The position numbers and the translations under genes were made by a program. DNA of 64,000 nt from Macrostomum lignano. Its lineage: Eukaryota. The notes under the pieces are model-generated. The model ran no database searches. It was not told where the DNA came from and saw only the letters and a program-made list of their open reading frames with translations. Positions 47,201 to 58,112 of this stretch are shown here, one piece after another. The stretch lies in the NCBI GenBank assembly GCA_002269645.1, contig NIVC01000059.1, positions 124,001 to 188,000 on the forward strand. Reading direction: 5' to 3'. Each line of letters begins with the position of its first letter. Position 1 is the stretch's first letter.

Positions 47201-49909
47201 TATGCTCAATGTTTGGAGCACATTAGAAGTATACAAATAAAAACATATATCAACTGTTCTAAAGTTGATAAAGCAAACTTACCTCCTCTCGCCGCGCTAC
47301 TCTCATCGCGAACATCTTGCCTCCGTCGTCGAATCTGTCGCTGCGACCGCTCGGCTAGTGCGCTTAATAGTCTTCGTTCCAGCAGTTCAACTTGCACCAG
47401 CTTCTCGGACATGCAGTCAGCATAGTCGGCCAGGTGAGACCTCAGACTAGCCAGATCGCGATAGGCGGCCTCAAGCTTGGGCAGGCGGGCCTCCCGCTCA
47501 GCTAGCCGGTCCTGACAAGTCCGGATGTAATATTGAAGGGGATTTGAAATTTCTAAGCTGCCACAGTACTCATTTTTTATGAGCACACTTTGTAAGGTGT
47601 TGCTCATTCCCGGGTGGGTACTTTGGTGGGTGAGTTTTGTGGGGTGGTGGGTGTTTTGGTGAGGTGGGTGTAGTGGGGTGGTAGGTGTTGTGGGGTGGTG
47701 GGTGTTTTGGGGAGGTTGGTGTTATGGGATGGCAGGTGTTGTGGGGTGGTGGGTGTTGTGGGGTGGTGGGTGTTTTGGGGAGGTTGGTGTTATGGGATGG
47801 CAGGTGTTGTGGGGTGGTGGGTGTTGTGGGGTGGTGGGTGTTTTGGGGAGGTTGGTGTTATGGGATGGCAGGTGTTGTGGGGTGGTGGGTGTTTTGGGGA
47901 GGTTGGTGTTATGGGGTGGTAGGTGTTGTGGGGTGGTGGGTGTTTTGGGGAGGTTGGTGTTATGGGATGGCAGGTGTTGTGGGGTGGTGGGTGTTTTGGG
48001 GAGGTTGGTGTTATGGGATGGCAGGTGTTGTGGGGTGGTGGGTGTTGTGGGGTGGTGGGTGTTGTGGGGTGATGGGTGTTGTGGGGTGGTAGGTGTTGTG
48101 AGGTGGTGGGCTTTTTGAGGTGGTGGGCTTTGTGAGGTGGTGGTCCTCGTTAGTTAACGTATATTTTAATAGATTCAAACAGTTACTCGCATTATTATTA
48201 CTATTAGCATTATTACAATCCCACTACAATATGCATCTTACAATTTACCTGACAGTCGGCCAGTTCGCGTCGGGCGGTGGTTAATCGGTCGGTCTCGTTG
48301 TCGGCCAGCTCAACTAGGCGTCGACGATCGGCGTCGATGCGTTCGCGCAGATCGGCGTAGGCCACGCCAAGCGCCGATGGCAGGCGAGTGAAGATGCCGC
48401 CACCTTCGCCGCCACCAGCACCGGCCGAGCCGCTAGAGCCTTCCACTACATCGCCGACGGCTGCCAAGGTGGCCGGTCCTGCCAGGTTGGCCGCCCGACG
48501 CAGCTGCTGCCGTTCGTAGCTCTCTGAGCCGCCGCCGCCAGGAAATCCGTCGTCGTCATCATAGTCATCGTCGTAGTTGTCGTTTGCCGATCGCTCGTTT
48601 AAAAATGATCGTGGAGGCGAGCCGTGCTCGGCAGCCAGGAACTGGTCCCGCATCATGCGTCGCTCAGCCTCCGGCCGCAGGGTGCCGAGAAGGCGAACCC
48701 GAACTCCGCCGCCGCTGCCGTCGCCGTTGTCGTCGTCGAGAACGTCGGCAACGTCGGAGTCGTCGCCGCCGCCGAAGCCGCTGTTAGTGTCATCGTCTGC
48801 CGGCCGGCCTGGGCTGTCGTCGTCGCTAGCGCCGGCTTGGTTGGCGCGTCGGGCCCGAGCAGCCAATTGGCGCTGCAGTTTCAGCTGATAGACCGTGCGG
48901 CTGTCCGGAATGCCCTGGCTGGCAATCTGCGGATTTTATGGCTCTTTTATATAGAGTTTGTGTGTACTTTTGGCAGACTGCCAGCTGCACTTTTTAAAGA
49001 CACATGGTTGAGGGGGCATTGCAGACTGAAGGACACAAAGATGAGGTGGACATTGCGGACTGAAGGACACAAAAGTGAGGTGGACTTGCGGACTGAAGGA
49101 CACAGATGTGAGGTGGACTTGAGGACTGAAGGACACAGATGTGAGGTGGACATTGAGGACTGAGGGACACAGAGGTGAGGTGGACTTGCGGACTGAAGGA
49201 CACAGAGGTGAGGTGGACATTGCGGACTGAAGGACACAGATGTGAGGTGGACTTGCGGACTGAAGGACACAGAGATGAGGTGGACATTGCGGACTGAAGG
49301 ACACAGATGTGAGGTGGACATTGAGGACTGAAGGACACATAGGTGAGGTGGACATTGTGGACTGAAGGACACAGACAGAGGGTGACATCGCGAACTGAAA
49401 GACACGAAAACCAACAGCCCAGTAAAACAAACCTGCGAACGAAGCTGCTGCACGGACACCGGATAGTCGTCTTCCATTTCAACTTCTTGAATTTCGTCTG
49501 CAGCGGATGAGCCTGGGCCAGCGCCGCCACTATTTCCTGGGTAAGCAGCAGAAGCAGCAGCCGCAGCCTCCTTATCGTATCTGAGCCTCTGGCGTTTAGC
49601 CAACTTCCTGCTATTGCTGGACTTTTTCACGCGAAACTCTTCGCCGCCGTCGGCAATCAGATCGTCTTGAAAGGACAGAGCGGAGGCCGAAGCGGTCAGG
49701 GTTGGCACATCGGCCGACTTTGAGGACTTGGCCTGCTGATGCTTGGAAGAATTCGACTTTGAATTCGATGGTGCAGCAGTTGCAGGCGGATCTTTCTCGC
49801 TGTCATTGTCCGAGTCGCTGCCGTCAGCCAAGGATGACGGCTTTGGAAGCACCACGGCAGGCTGTTTAACGCGGATTGACCGCTTGACCTTTTTGAATGT
49901 GATGTCCGA
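44218..49909 (-). CDS. PAXBP1: PAX3/PAX7-binding protein 1 / GCFC2 (NTR2-like) spliceosome-disassembly factor, at least 7 exons
   Basis: Minus-strand exons 49909-49433, 48884-48249, 47511-47283, 46706-46540, 46457-46113, 45224-45003 and 44601-44218 are all AG/GT-bounded with continuous frame. Motifs RRVAEREARRTRRRRQR, STDDEETS, FSDV...F, IWDPMS and LSADCLLSRYIL match PAXBP1/GCFC2. The start is either the ATG at 49921 or an unidentified upstream exon. Confidence 0.85.
44683..44958. repeat. 34-bp intronic minisatellite (PAXBP1)
   Basis: (CAACCCAATAAACAAACCGGAAGTGGGCAATTAT)n. Confidence 0.95.
45305..46090. repeat. 24-bp intronic minisatellite (PAXBP1)
   Basis: (AACAAAGCAGCCAACAACCCCATC)n. Confidence 0.95.
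46770..47185. repeat. 23-bp intronic minisatellite (PAXBP1)
   Basis: (GAAGGGCGATTCTTGAGGACATT)n. Confidence 0.92.
47615..48140. repeat. G/T-rich degenerate intronic minisatellite (PAXBP1)
   Basis: Repeated GGTGTTGTGGGGTGGTG / GGGAGGTTGGTGTTATGGGATGGCA units. Confidence 0.9.
49010..49375. repeat. About 33-bp intronic minisatellite (PAXBP1)
   Basis: (GTGAGGTGGACTTGCGGACTGAAGGACACAGAT)n. Confidence 0.92.
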
Positions 49910-50900
49910 CTGCGGGCACATGACAGGGGCGCATTGATGACATTTTATTATTTCGACCCCAGAAGGCTAAACTGACGCAGTCTAATAACTGTAATTTAGA
50001 CTCGATAGACTCGAATCCATGTACATTAAAAACCAGAAACCAAATTTAAACATTCAACTTTCTCACAGTGGCGTGGGCCATTTACTCAAGGTATTCTAAG
50101 TAAAGGCACAAACCCAATCATTGTACTCGCAATCTCTGCTCACTTACTTTGAACACTCTGCCCCTGATATGCCCTTGGACTGTACAGTAAACATTTGTTC
50201 TCTATTTATCTCATAAAAAAGTTGTTGAACAAGTGAAAAATACACCAGACACTGAAGATGGCCCTTGAAATGACGCCATTGAAATGCATTGAAAGAATTT
50301 TATCTAACTTAATCTATGTTGATTTTCACATTTATTTTCCTTTGCCTTCTGAAGCATGCTACCTTACCTCAATATGATTTAAATAATGATTTTGCTTGAA
50401 TTTGAAAATGGTAAGTAATAAACAAACCTAAAAACTTTTTAAACTGGTCAATTATTAAGTTACAAAACTTTTTTATCATGGATCTTCAACATTTTTGATT
50501 ATACTTATCTATTATTGCAATAATGGCCATTGGCTGCAATAGGACATAGGTATAAAATGCAAAGGTCATAGGGGACTTTAGAGAAACTATTCTTATTATA
50601 ATTAGTGCTTTTAATTCTTTTCTCTTCTTACAGTAGATATAATTTAGCATATAAGTATTTCTTGACTAGAAGCAACATACATGCACAACAGTCAGCTAAG
50701 TTGGCCAATCCAGCCAATCAATTTGGTGGCCAACCAAGGTAAGTTGCAAAAATGCCCAGCTGAATAAATACTAAAGTAGTACTAAGTAGAAAATGAGACA
50801 TTTTGCCTTAATAAGACAGTCATAGTTACTCTTGCCATTTACCCAAAGTTGCATTAATTTTGCTTTAGGGTTTCTTTTACATACAAGTAAAAGAAGAAGT

Positions 50901-52200
50901 CGAGGGGTACTCCAAAAGTTTTGCAATTCAACCACTTGCACAAGTTGCACAATCTTCAAAACCAACTTTCTGTACAATAAACATGTACATAGTCCCTACC
51001 TCAATTTTCAAGTGAATTCATACATATATGCCTGCTCAGCCCCCAGTCAAAATCAGAGACTCTTTAACTGTATAGCTGCAGCCATGGAATTGAATCGTGA
51101 GCAGAATTGGCTACTAATTTGGTATTGCCACAAGCAAAAGCTCACAACGCTTGGGACTCATGCCAAGCTACTAGCAACATTGGAGGCTCAAGCGCCATCA
51201 TATGCTACAGTTACATGCTAGTACCATAAGCTCCAGGCTGGCACGACCAGCTTTTCTGATGACCCCTGGCCCAGGAGACCTCCGACAGCAGTGACAGAGG
51301 AAAACATCACTGCAGTGCAGGAGCTGATTCATCAGGATCCGCGAATCACCATGGATATGCTAGCTATGAATGTTGGCATTGGATTGGCAGCAACTGATAC
51401 ACATCTACACGATCACCTAAGAGTCAGGAAGCTTTGTGCCCAATGGATACCCCACATCCTGACAGATGCTCAGAAACAGGCCCGCATAGAGTTCTGTCAG
51501 TTTTTCATCAATCAATATGAACACGGGAGCCATCAGTGCCGCTCTGAGGTCATCACTGGTGATGAGACATTTCTCTATCATTTTGACATTGAGACAAAGC
51601 CTAGCAGTGCAGAGTGGGTTCCAGAAGGTAGGCAATGACCCCTAAAACAAGGCGGTCCTAGTCCTAGGGCAAGCGGATATTTGCTATCTTCTTCAACTCA
51701 CAAGGCGTGGTGGCAATGGTGAAGCTAGAAGGTCAAGCTACAGTCATTGCTTGATGGTACACTGAAGATTGTTTGCCAGTCGTGATTGACAGCATGACCC
51801 AGAGGATGCCAAGGACGGGAATGCAAGGGCAGAAACTTCACCATGACAATGCCTCCACCTACATGGCTGCTGCAACTCAAATGTTCCTAGACCAAGAGGG
51901 CATTTCAATGCTACCACACCCGCCCTATTCATCAGACCTCGCCTCCTGCGACTTTTGGCTCTTTCCATAAAACAAAGTCACTTAGGGGGTGCAGGTTTCA
52001 GTCCAATAAGGAGCTGGAGTAGGCAGCGAAAGGAGGCAATTGATGGCATCCCAATTCTAGGGCTTCATGAACAAGTGGCTCGGACAAGTGCACAAGTGTT
52101 TGCAGTTCTAGGGAGCCTACTTTGAAGGATTGTAATAGAAAAGTTTAGCAAAATTAACTTTAAATAGTCAAATTGCAAAACTTTTAGAATATCCCTTGTA
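50901..52200 (+). mobile_element. Near full-length inactivated mariner (DD34D) element
   Basis: Transposase from ATG 51084 to about 52135 carries WIPHILT, ITGDET, HHDNA and HPPYSSDLASCDFWLFP (34 residues between the last two Asp), with several stops. TIRs: CGAGGGGTACTCCAAAAGTTTTGCAATT (50901) and AATTGCAAAACTTTTAGAATATCCCTTG followed by TA (52171-52200). Confidence 0.9.
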
Positions 52201-53779
52201 TAAGTCACATTTTTGGCCAAGAACTATATCACATTTTTTATTAAAACTAAGTTGCACAGCTGACTGAATTTTGGAGGTTGCATATATATGAAAGGCAACA
52301 AAGCTAACCTGTCCAAACCTATACAAAAAGTAAAAAAAGAAAAAATTGTCAAGTAATTATATTTAATATAGGACTGGTAAAGAATTAAAAAAAGTAATTT
52401 ATTGTCTTTTTATAGACCTACTAGAAAAAGTTTATTAGGGCCTAAGCCTATAATAAGTTGATAAAGCTTTATTTTTGTTGAATTTAAAAAAATAATTTAG
52501 GCCTTTTATTCTTTATTTGCACACAAAACTTCCTAGGCCTATGCAATTTCAAATCTGTGCAAAAACTAAAAACATTTTGTTCCTATATTTGTACTTCTTA
52601 AACTATTTTTGAAACTTATTCTTTGTTTTAAATGAACTAAAAATAGTCCTAGTTTAAATAGATACAATTTTTGAAGAGGAGAACTAGGCCTAACCTTGCC
52701 TATCATGTTTTGAGGCAATTAATAACAAAGATATCAATTGATAAGTGTTCCAAATAAAATATATATATCATGTATGCTGCATATGCAGTAAATATAGGCC
52801 TACTATTAGGGCGGGTGTACTAGTAGTAGTAATAACAGTAATATACTACTTAGGCCACTTACATTATATATAATGCTATTAGAACTAAATAAGAACACTA
52901 AAAAACACTCATAGGCCCCCTACATATAAATACTCAGACAAATACTTAAGATAAATACTTAGAGTTAGACAAATACTCCCAGGATGCTAAGAATAATATA
53001 ATTCAGACCAATTCCAAGAAAGTAGAGATTTAGCTCTAGGTAGGAGTTGGGACAACTAATGGCATCAAATAGGATAGTCTTTAAGATAGGATAGTCTTGA
53101 ATGGGTTCATGCACACTTAGTAACGTGACTTAGAGTCTTAGACACGGAGGGCGGCGGAATATAATCCATTTGATGTTGACTTGACACTGAAGTCTGGGAC
53201 GGCAGACATCTCTTTATTGCCAAAATCTGTGCTTAACATTATAGACATAGTGGACGTGCCAGCCTATAAGCTCGAACATTATAGGATAGACATGGCCGCC
53301 GTGTCTATAAGTACTCAGTTAAAAATAAAGAACTGTTTTTATACGTTAAATACAACTTTCAGTAATTTCGCTAGGAGTTATTTGTGGCTGTGCGTGCGCG
53401 ACATTTCGGCAAAGTATTGTTATGTTTCGGCGAAATAATTTTTAAGGGCTTTTCAGTTCGCAGACACAAAGCTATATATTTTACTAATTGAAGAACTAGC
53501 AATAAAAAAAGACTTGTACTGCTCGGTGGCAATTTAGAATTCTTTATTAAAATCACCACTTTTTTCCGGTTTTTGAAGCTGGGCCCTTCCGCCACTTTAT
53601 GAAATCTCGCTTAGATTCTGGGTCATATATGTACATAAATGGTACAGCTATGTAGATATAAATCCCATACAGCGCATGTACACTATATACATGTATATTC
53701 AAGCACTCATCCCGAGTTACATCAGTATGATTCGTCGCTGCATGGGTTCTCGTTGTAAGGTCAAGTATGAAGCAGCAAG

Positions 53780-54285
53780 AGCTGAGCCGGTTTGCTCCCA
53801 TGAAAGCATTCGGGGCACCCAGTACAGCCAGGCACTGATCTTGTTGTACATGCAACCCTATAGAATTTGGTGCAGAATTCACATTCAGTGCGCACAATTG
53901 TGGCAAAAATTCAATCCGGCGATCCTCATCAAGCTGGAGCTTGTAAACAGCAACAACTTTCTCCTGGTTTTGTGGTGTCAGGCCGTCCACTGCGAGGGTC
54001 TATCTTTAATTAGGCTCATGCACCCTGGCACGCAATTGAATTCGTTTAATTTGTAAATGTTACAATACGCATGCATGACGTGTAGCCAGAAGGACTGTCA
54101 AGTTGTGGGGTACGCGCGCAGACACATGTTATATCTCCCAGCTCTTCAATTGCTCTCTCAGCTTCTGCCTTGCGTCATTTATTTTGCGAAAAATCCAGCA
54201 GCTGTTGCTGTAAATTTGTGCAAAAAAGATAGTTATAGAGACAGCATGAAAAGAAATAAGACATATTTGAACGGCCCCTCGTACA
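53780..54285 (-). mobile_element. Second, fragmented mariner-like relic
   Basis: The minus strand shows a TACGAGGGGCCGTTC TIR-like start (about 54284), VSAR-VPHNLT (about 54120), DPRSGRP...EKVVAVYKL..DEDRRI (about 54000-53920) and KISA...WVPRMLSWEQ (about 53840-53800). Confidence 0.55.
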
Positions 54286-54760
54286 TAATAGTATATATGT
54301 ACGTACATTGTAAGGACCAGGACCACTCGTACTAGTCGGCTTCAACAGGCGCGCGTTTTCCTTTGAAGATGGCCAACAACATATCATAAGACTGGAAAAT
54401 CATCTGCACCTCAACAGAAACAGCACTTAAACATTGAATATATACGCGTGCACATGTACAGTATACACATCTTAACCATAAACATGTACATGTACATGTC
54501 AATTCATCCATGCAATCATGAACTTTAGAAAAATAAACCCATTTTCTATAGAGATATTTTAATAAATTCCTTAATAGATTTGCACTTTATTCCACTAATA
54601 TGAAAAGTGCTTCCGTTTAATTGTACGTATAATCTCAGTATATTATTGTGTAGAAAGAGCAGCACAAAAATTGACGCACAAAAGCTGTGCCCACACGATA
54701 TAAGCAACTAAAATAGAAAAAAACCAAACAACAAATATAGAAATATTGTTGAGTGCATGC

Positions 54761-55378
54761 CAGTGGCGTTGCCATGGATTTTATAGTGGGGGGGGGGCAA
54801 AGCCAAGAATTCTACACGTACATAATTAAATTCATGCATGTACATAATTTTCGCGCCGCAGGCACTCATTTTGGCACCGCAGGCGCTCATATTAGAGCCG
54901 CAGGCGCTCATTTTGGCACCGCAGGCGCTCATTTTGGAGCCGCAGGCACTTATTTTGGCGCCGCAGGCGCTCATTTTGGCACCGCAGGCGCTCATTTTGG
55001 CACCGCAGGCGCTCATTTTGGCGCCGCAGGCGCTCATTTTGGCACCGCAGGCGCTCATTTTGGCACCGCAGGCGCTCATTTTGGCACCGCAGGCACTCAT
55101 TTTGGAGCCGCAGGCACTCATTTTGGAGCCGCAGGCACTCATTTTGGCACCGCAGGCGCTCATTTTGGCACCGCAGGCGCTCATTTTGGCACCGCAGGCG
55201 CTCATTTTGGAGCCGCAGGCGCTCATTTTGGCACCGCAGGCACTCTTTTTGTCGCTCTGAAGCAAAATTATTGACTTTCATAACGGGTCACAAGGTGCGG
55301 TGGGGGGACAAAGCATTGGCATGTCCCCCAATAGTTTTTACTATGGGGACATGCCCACCCCCCGTGGCGACGCCCTTG
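54761..55378. mobile_element. hAT MITE carrying a 21-bp minisatellite
   Basis: TIRs CAGTGGCGTTGCCA / TGGCGACGCCCTTG; 8-bp TSD GTGCATGC / GTGAATGC (7/8); internal (CAGGCGCTCATTTTGGCACCG)n at about 54860-55248. Confidence 0.88.
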
Positions 55379-56269
55379 GTGAATGCTTATTAGTTACATG
55401 TACATGTATAAAAGACATATAAGACAGCCAGTTACAAAATACATTAACATGACAATTAAAGTACTTTACCAAAAATGAAGACACACAATATTATGAGGCA
55501 AAACAATAATGAACAAGAGAAATGTGTATAGGTAGATTGTGCGTTGATAGGCAGGCATGACCGCTGCATAATAATTATAGTAATAATGTCTAATCCATTG
55601 TGCGTAATGTAACGATAAAACAGTATTTTTAATATTAGCATTTTATGATCAAACAATTGAGTTTTTAAAACATACAGGAATGTCTGGACTAAAATATGCG
55701 CGTGGCCTTTTAATAATATCAGCATGTATAAATAAATGTAGCACATAGTGTATCCACATGTACACTACTTATAGTACTAGGAATGTAAATTTGTGCACCA
55801 ATAAATATCAAATTTATTCTATTTTGTTTTAATCAAGACTCATTTTAACTTGTAATAAAGTAGATGTTTGAAAGCATCCAGTAAGCTACTTTATAAAATC
55901 TGGGCAGAAATTACAAAGTCATAATTAAAAGACTTTTAAAAAACGAAATCAATACGGCCGATTTAAAGAAAGTCAACACAAACAGAGAATATCACAATTA
56001 CGGGCGAATAATGGGCGAATACCATTATACGTACATCAGACAAAGACTTGCAAGAATTCATAAATATAAATATTTCTCGTACTTAAAGCTAAATTCTCTA
56101 ACAAATGAAAGGATTTAGTTAAAGTTAGTAACAACAGCACATCTATATTAACATGCATAGATCCAGCAGGTGATGATTACACAGTCACTAACTTCCAGTT
56201 TGACAGATTAAGAAAATTTTATTCGATTTTAAACTTGAAATCAGTGCATCATTTTGATTTGTCTAGTTG

Positions 56270-56615
56270 GCGCCATCGATTTTGAAATTGGCGCCATCAG
56301 TTCTAAAATTGGCGCGATTAATTATGAAATTGGCGCCATTTATTTTGAAATTGGCGCCATTTATTTTGAAATTAGCGTCATTGCTTTTGAAATTGGCACC
56401 ATTGATTTTGAAATTGGCGCCATTGATTTTGAAATTAGCGTCATTGATTTTGATATTGGCGCCATTGATTTTGAAATTGGCGCCATTGATTTTGAAATTG
56501 GCGCCATTGATTTTGAAATTAGCGTCATTGATTTTGATATTGGCGCCATTAATTTTGAAACTGGCGCCATTGATTTTGAAACTGGCGCCATTAATTTCGC
56601 AATTGGCGCCACTGG
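56270..56615. repeat. 21-bp minisatellite
   Basis: (GATTTTGAAATTGGCGCCATT)n. Confidence 0.93.
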
Positions 56616-57599
56616 TTTTAAAATTGACAGCAACAAATTTCAAACTAGCGTTAGAATAAGAATTATGAAGTTTTTTAAATTGAGTTTGAATTGGTGCCAG
56701 AGATTTCTAAATGTTGGCATCATTTAAAACAAAGTAAACTATACTTGTGGATCTTTACACGAACAAATAAAAGTACATACTAGGCAGTGTGGAATGCCAA
56801 GTTGGTGGAATGTCGCATGGTCCTGGGTTCGTGCACCCAGTCTAGAATGATAAAATCTGTTGCTAAGTATTATTAACTAGCTAGTTTGCATAATGAGCCA
56901 TTAATCTAGAATACAAAGTAAACTGCTAGAGTATAACAAAGTTCCATAAAGCAGAAAGAACGCCAGGCGTAAAAGAGTAAAATTAAATCTCCCCACCGTC
57001 TGTATTCGAGATTCCGGAGCATATCTGCCTGATTAACTATGAAATTCTTTCTAGCTTTGCTACGGTCACAGACACTAAAATAACTAGATGGGCCTCTCAG
57101 GCATATATACTTAGTAAAACACTTTCTACTTTCAGTTCAGTAGCAAAGAAGAATACATAAGCTTATTTATAAAAAATAATACCAGTTGAAACGACTTTGA
57201 TAAGTTTAAAAAGCCGAAGCTTGCAGGCGTAAACAACTTGCTAATTGGTTCAGCAATAATGTACATTGGCCAGTCCACTGAAATGTACATAGCAGCTTTA
57301 GGCTGGAGTTCCGAGAAAGGCAATAAAAATTGGGGCGCGGCGGGGGGTAGTGTGGAAAGGCGCGGTTGGAGGGTTTAAGCTGAGGGGGGGGGTAAGAGTC
57401 AATAAATGAGCCTTGAATTGAAAATATACATAAAAATGCTTCTGTTAAACTTGCTACTGAACTGAAAGTAGCTTACACGCAAATGTGCTGAGTGGCCCAT
57501 CTAGTCGTTATTCTAGTATCTGTGGCTACGGCAAAATAAAGGTTTCCATAGCAACCTTTTTGTACACATACATGTTTATATTAAAAGTCTGTAGATACG

Positions 57600-58070
57600 G
57601 ATACTCCTTAGCAATTAGTAACCTCTTATCAAAAAAACGACCAAGTAACCATAGTAACCCCGTAGCTATAAGTTGCCATAGCAACGCCGTATGCATGGAA
57701 ACCCATATCCACAAAAACTCCGTAGCCATTAGCAACTTCATATTAAAACCGACCAAGTAACCATAGTAACCCCGTAGCTATAGTTGCCATAGAAAGCCGT
57801 ATCCATGGAAACCCATATAACAACTCCGTATCTATTAGCAACCTCTTATCAAAAAACGACCAAGTAACCATAGTAACCCCGTAGCTATAAGTAGTCATAG
57901 CAACGCCGTATCCATAGAAACCCATATCCATAACAACTCCGTAGGCATTAGCAACCTCTTGTTAAAAACGACCAAGTAACCATAGTAACCCCGTAGCTAT
58001 AAGTTGTCAAAGCAACGCCGTATCCATGGAAACCCATATCCATAACAACTCCGTAGCCATAGCAACTACC
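57600..58070. repeat. About 110-bp degenerate tandem repeat (4 copies) just 3' of the GIPC stop
   Basis: GACCAAGTAACCATAGTAACCCCGTAGCTATA recurs at about 57639, 57750, 57858 and 57971. Confidence 0.85.
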
Positions 58071-58112
58071 AGAAATAACACATGCAAACCAATAGTAAAA
58101 TGACTGTCAGCT

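Noticed and set aside
48577-49163. Plus-strand ORFs overlapping PAXBP1 and GIPC exons (also 58126-58440 and 59932-60516) and the minus ORF 29496-29879 over CHMP4
   Set aside because: Antisense shadows of GC-rich coding exons.
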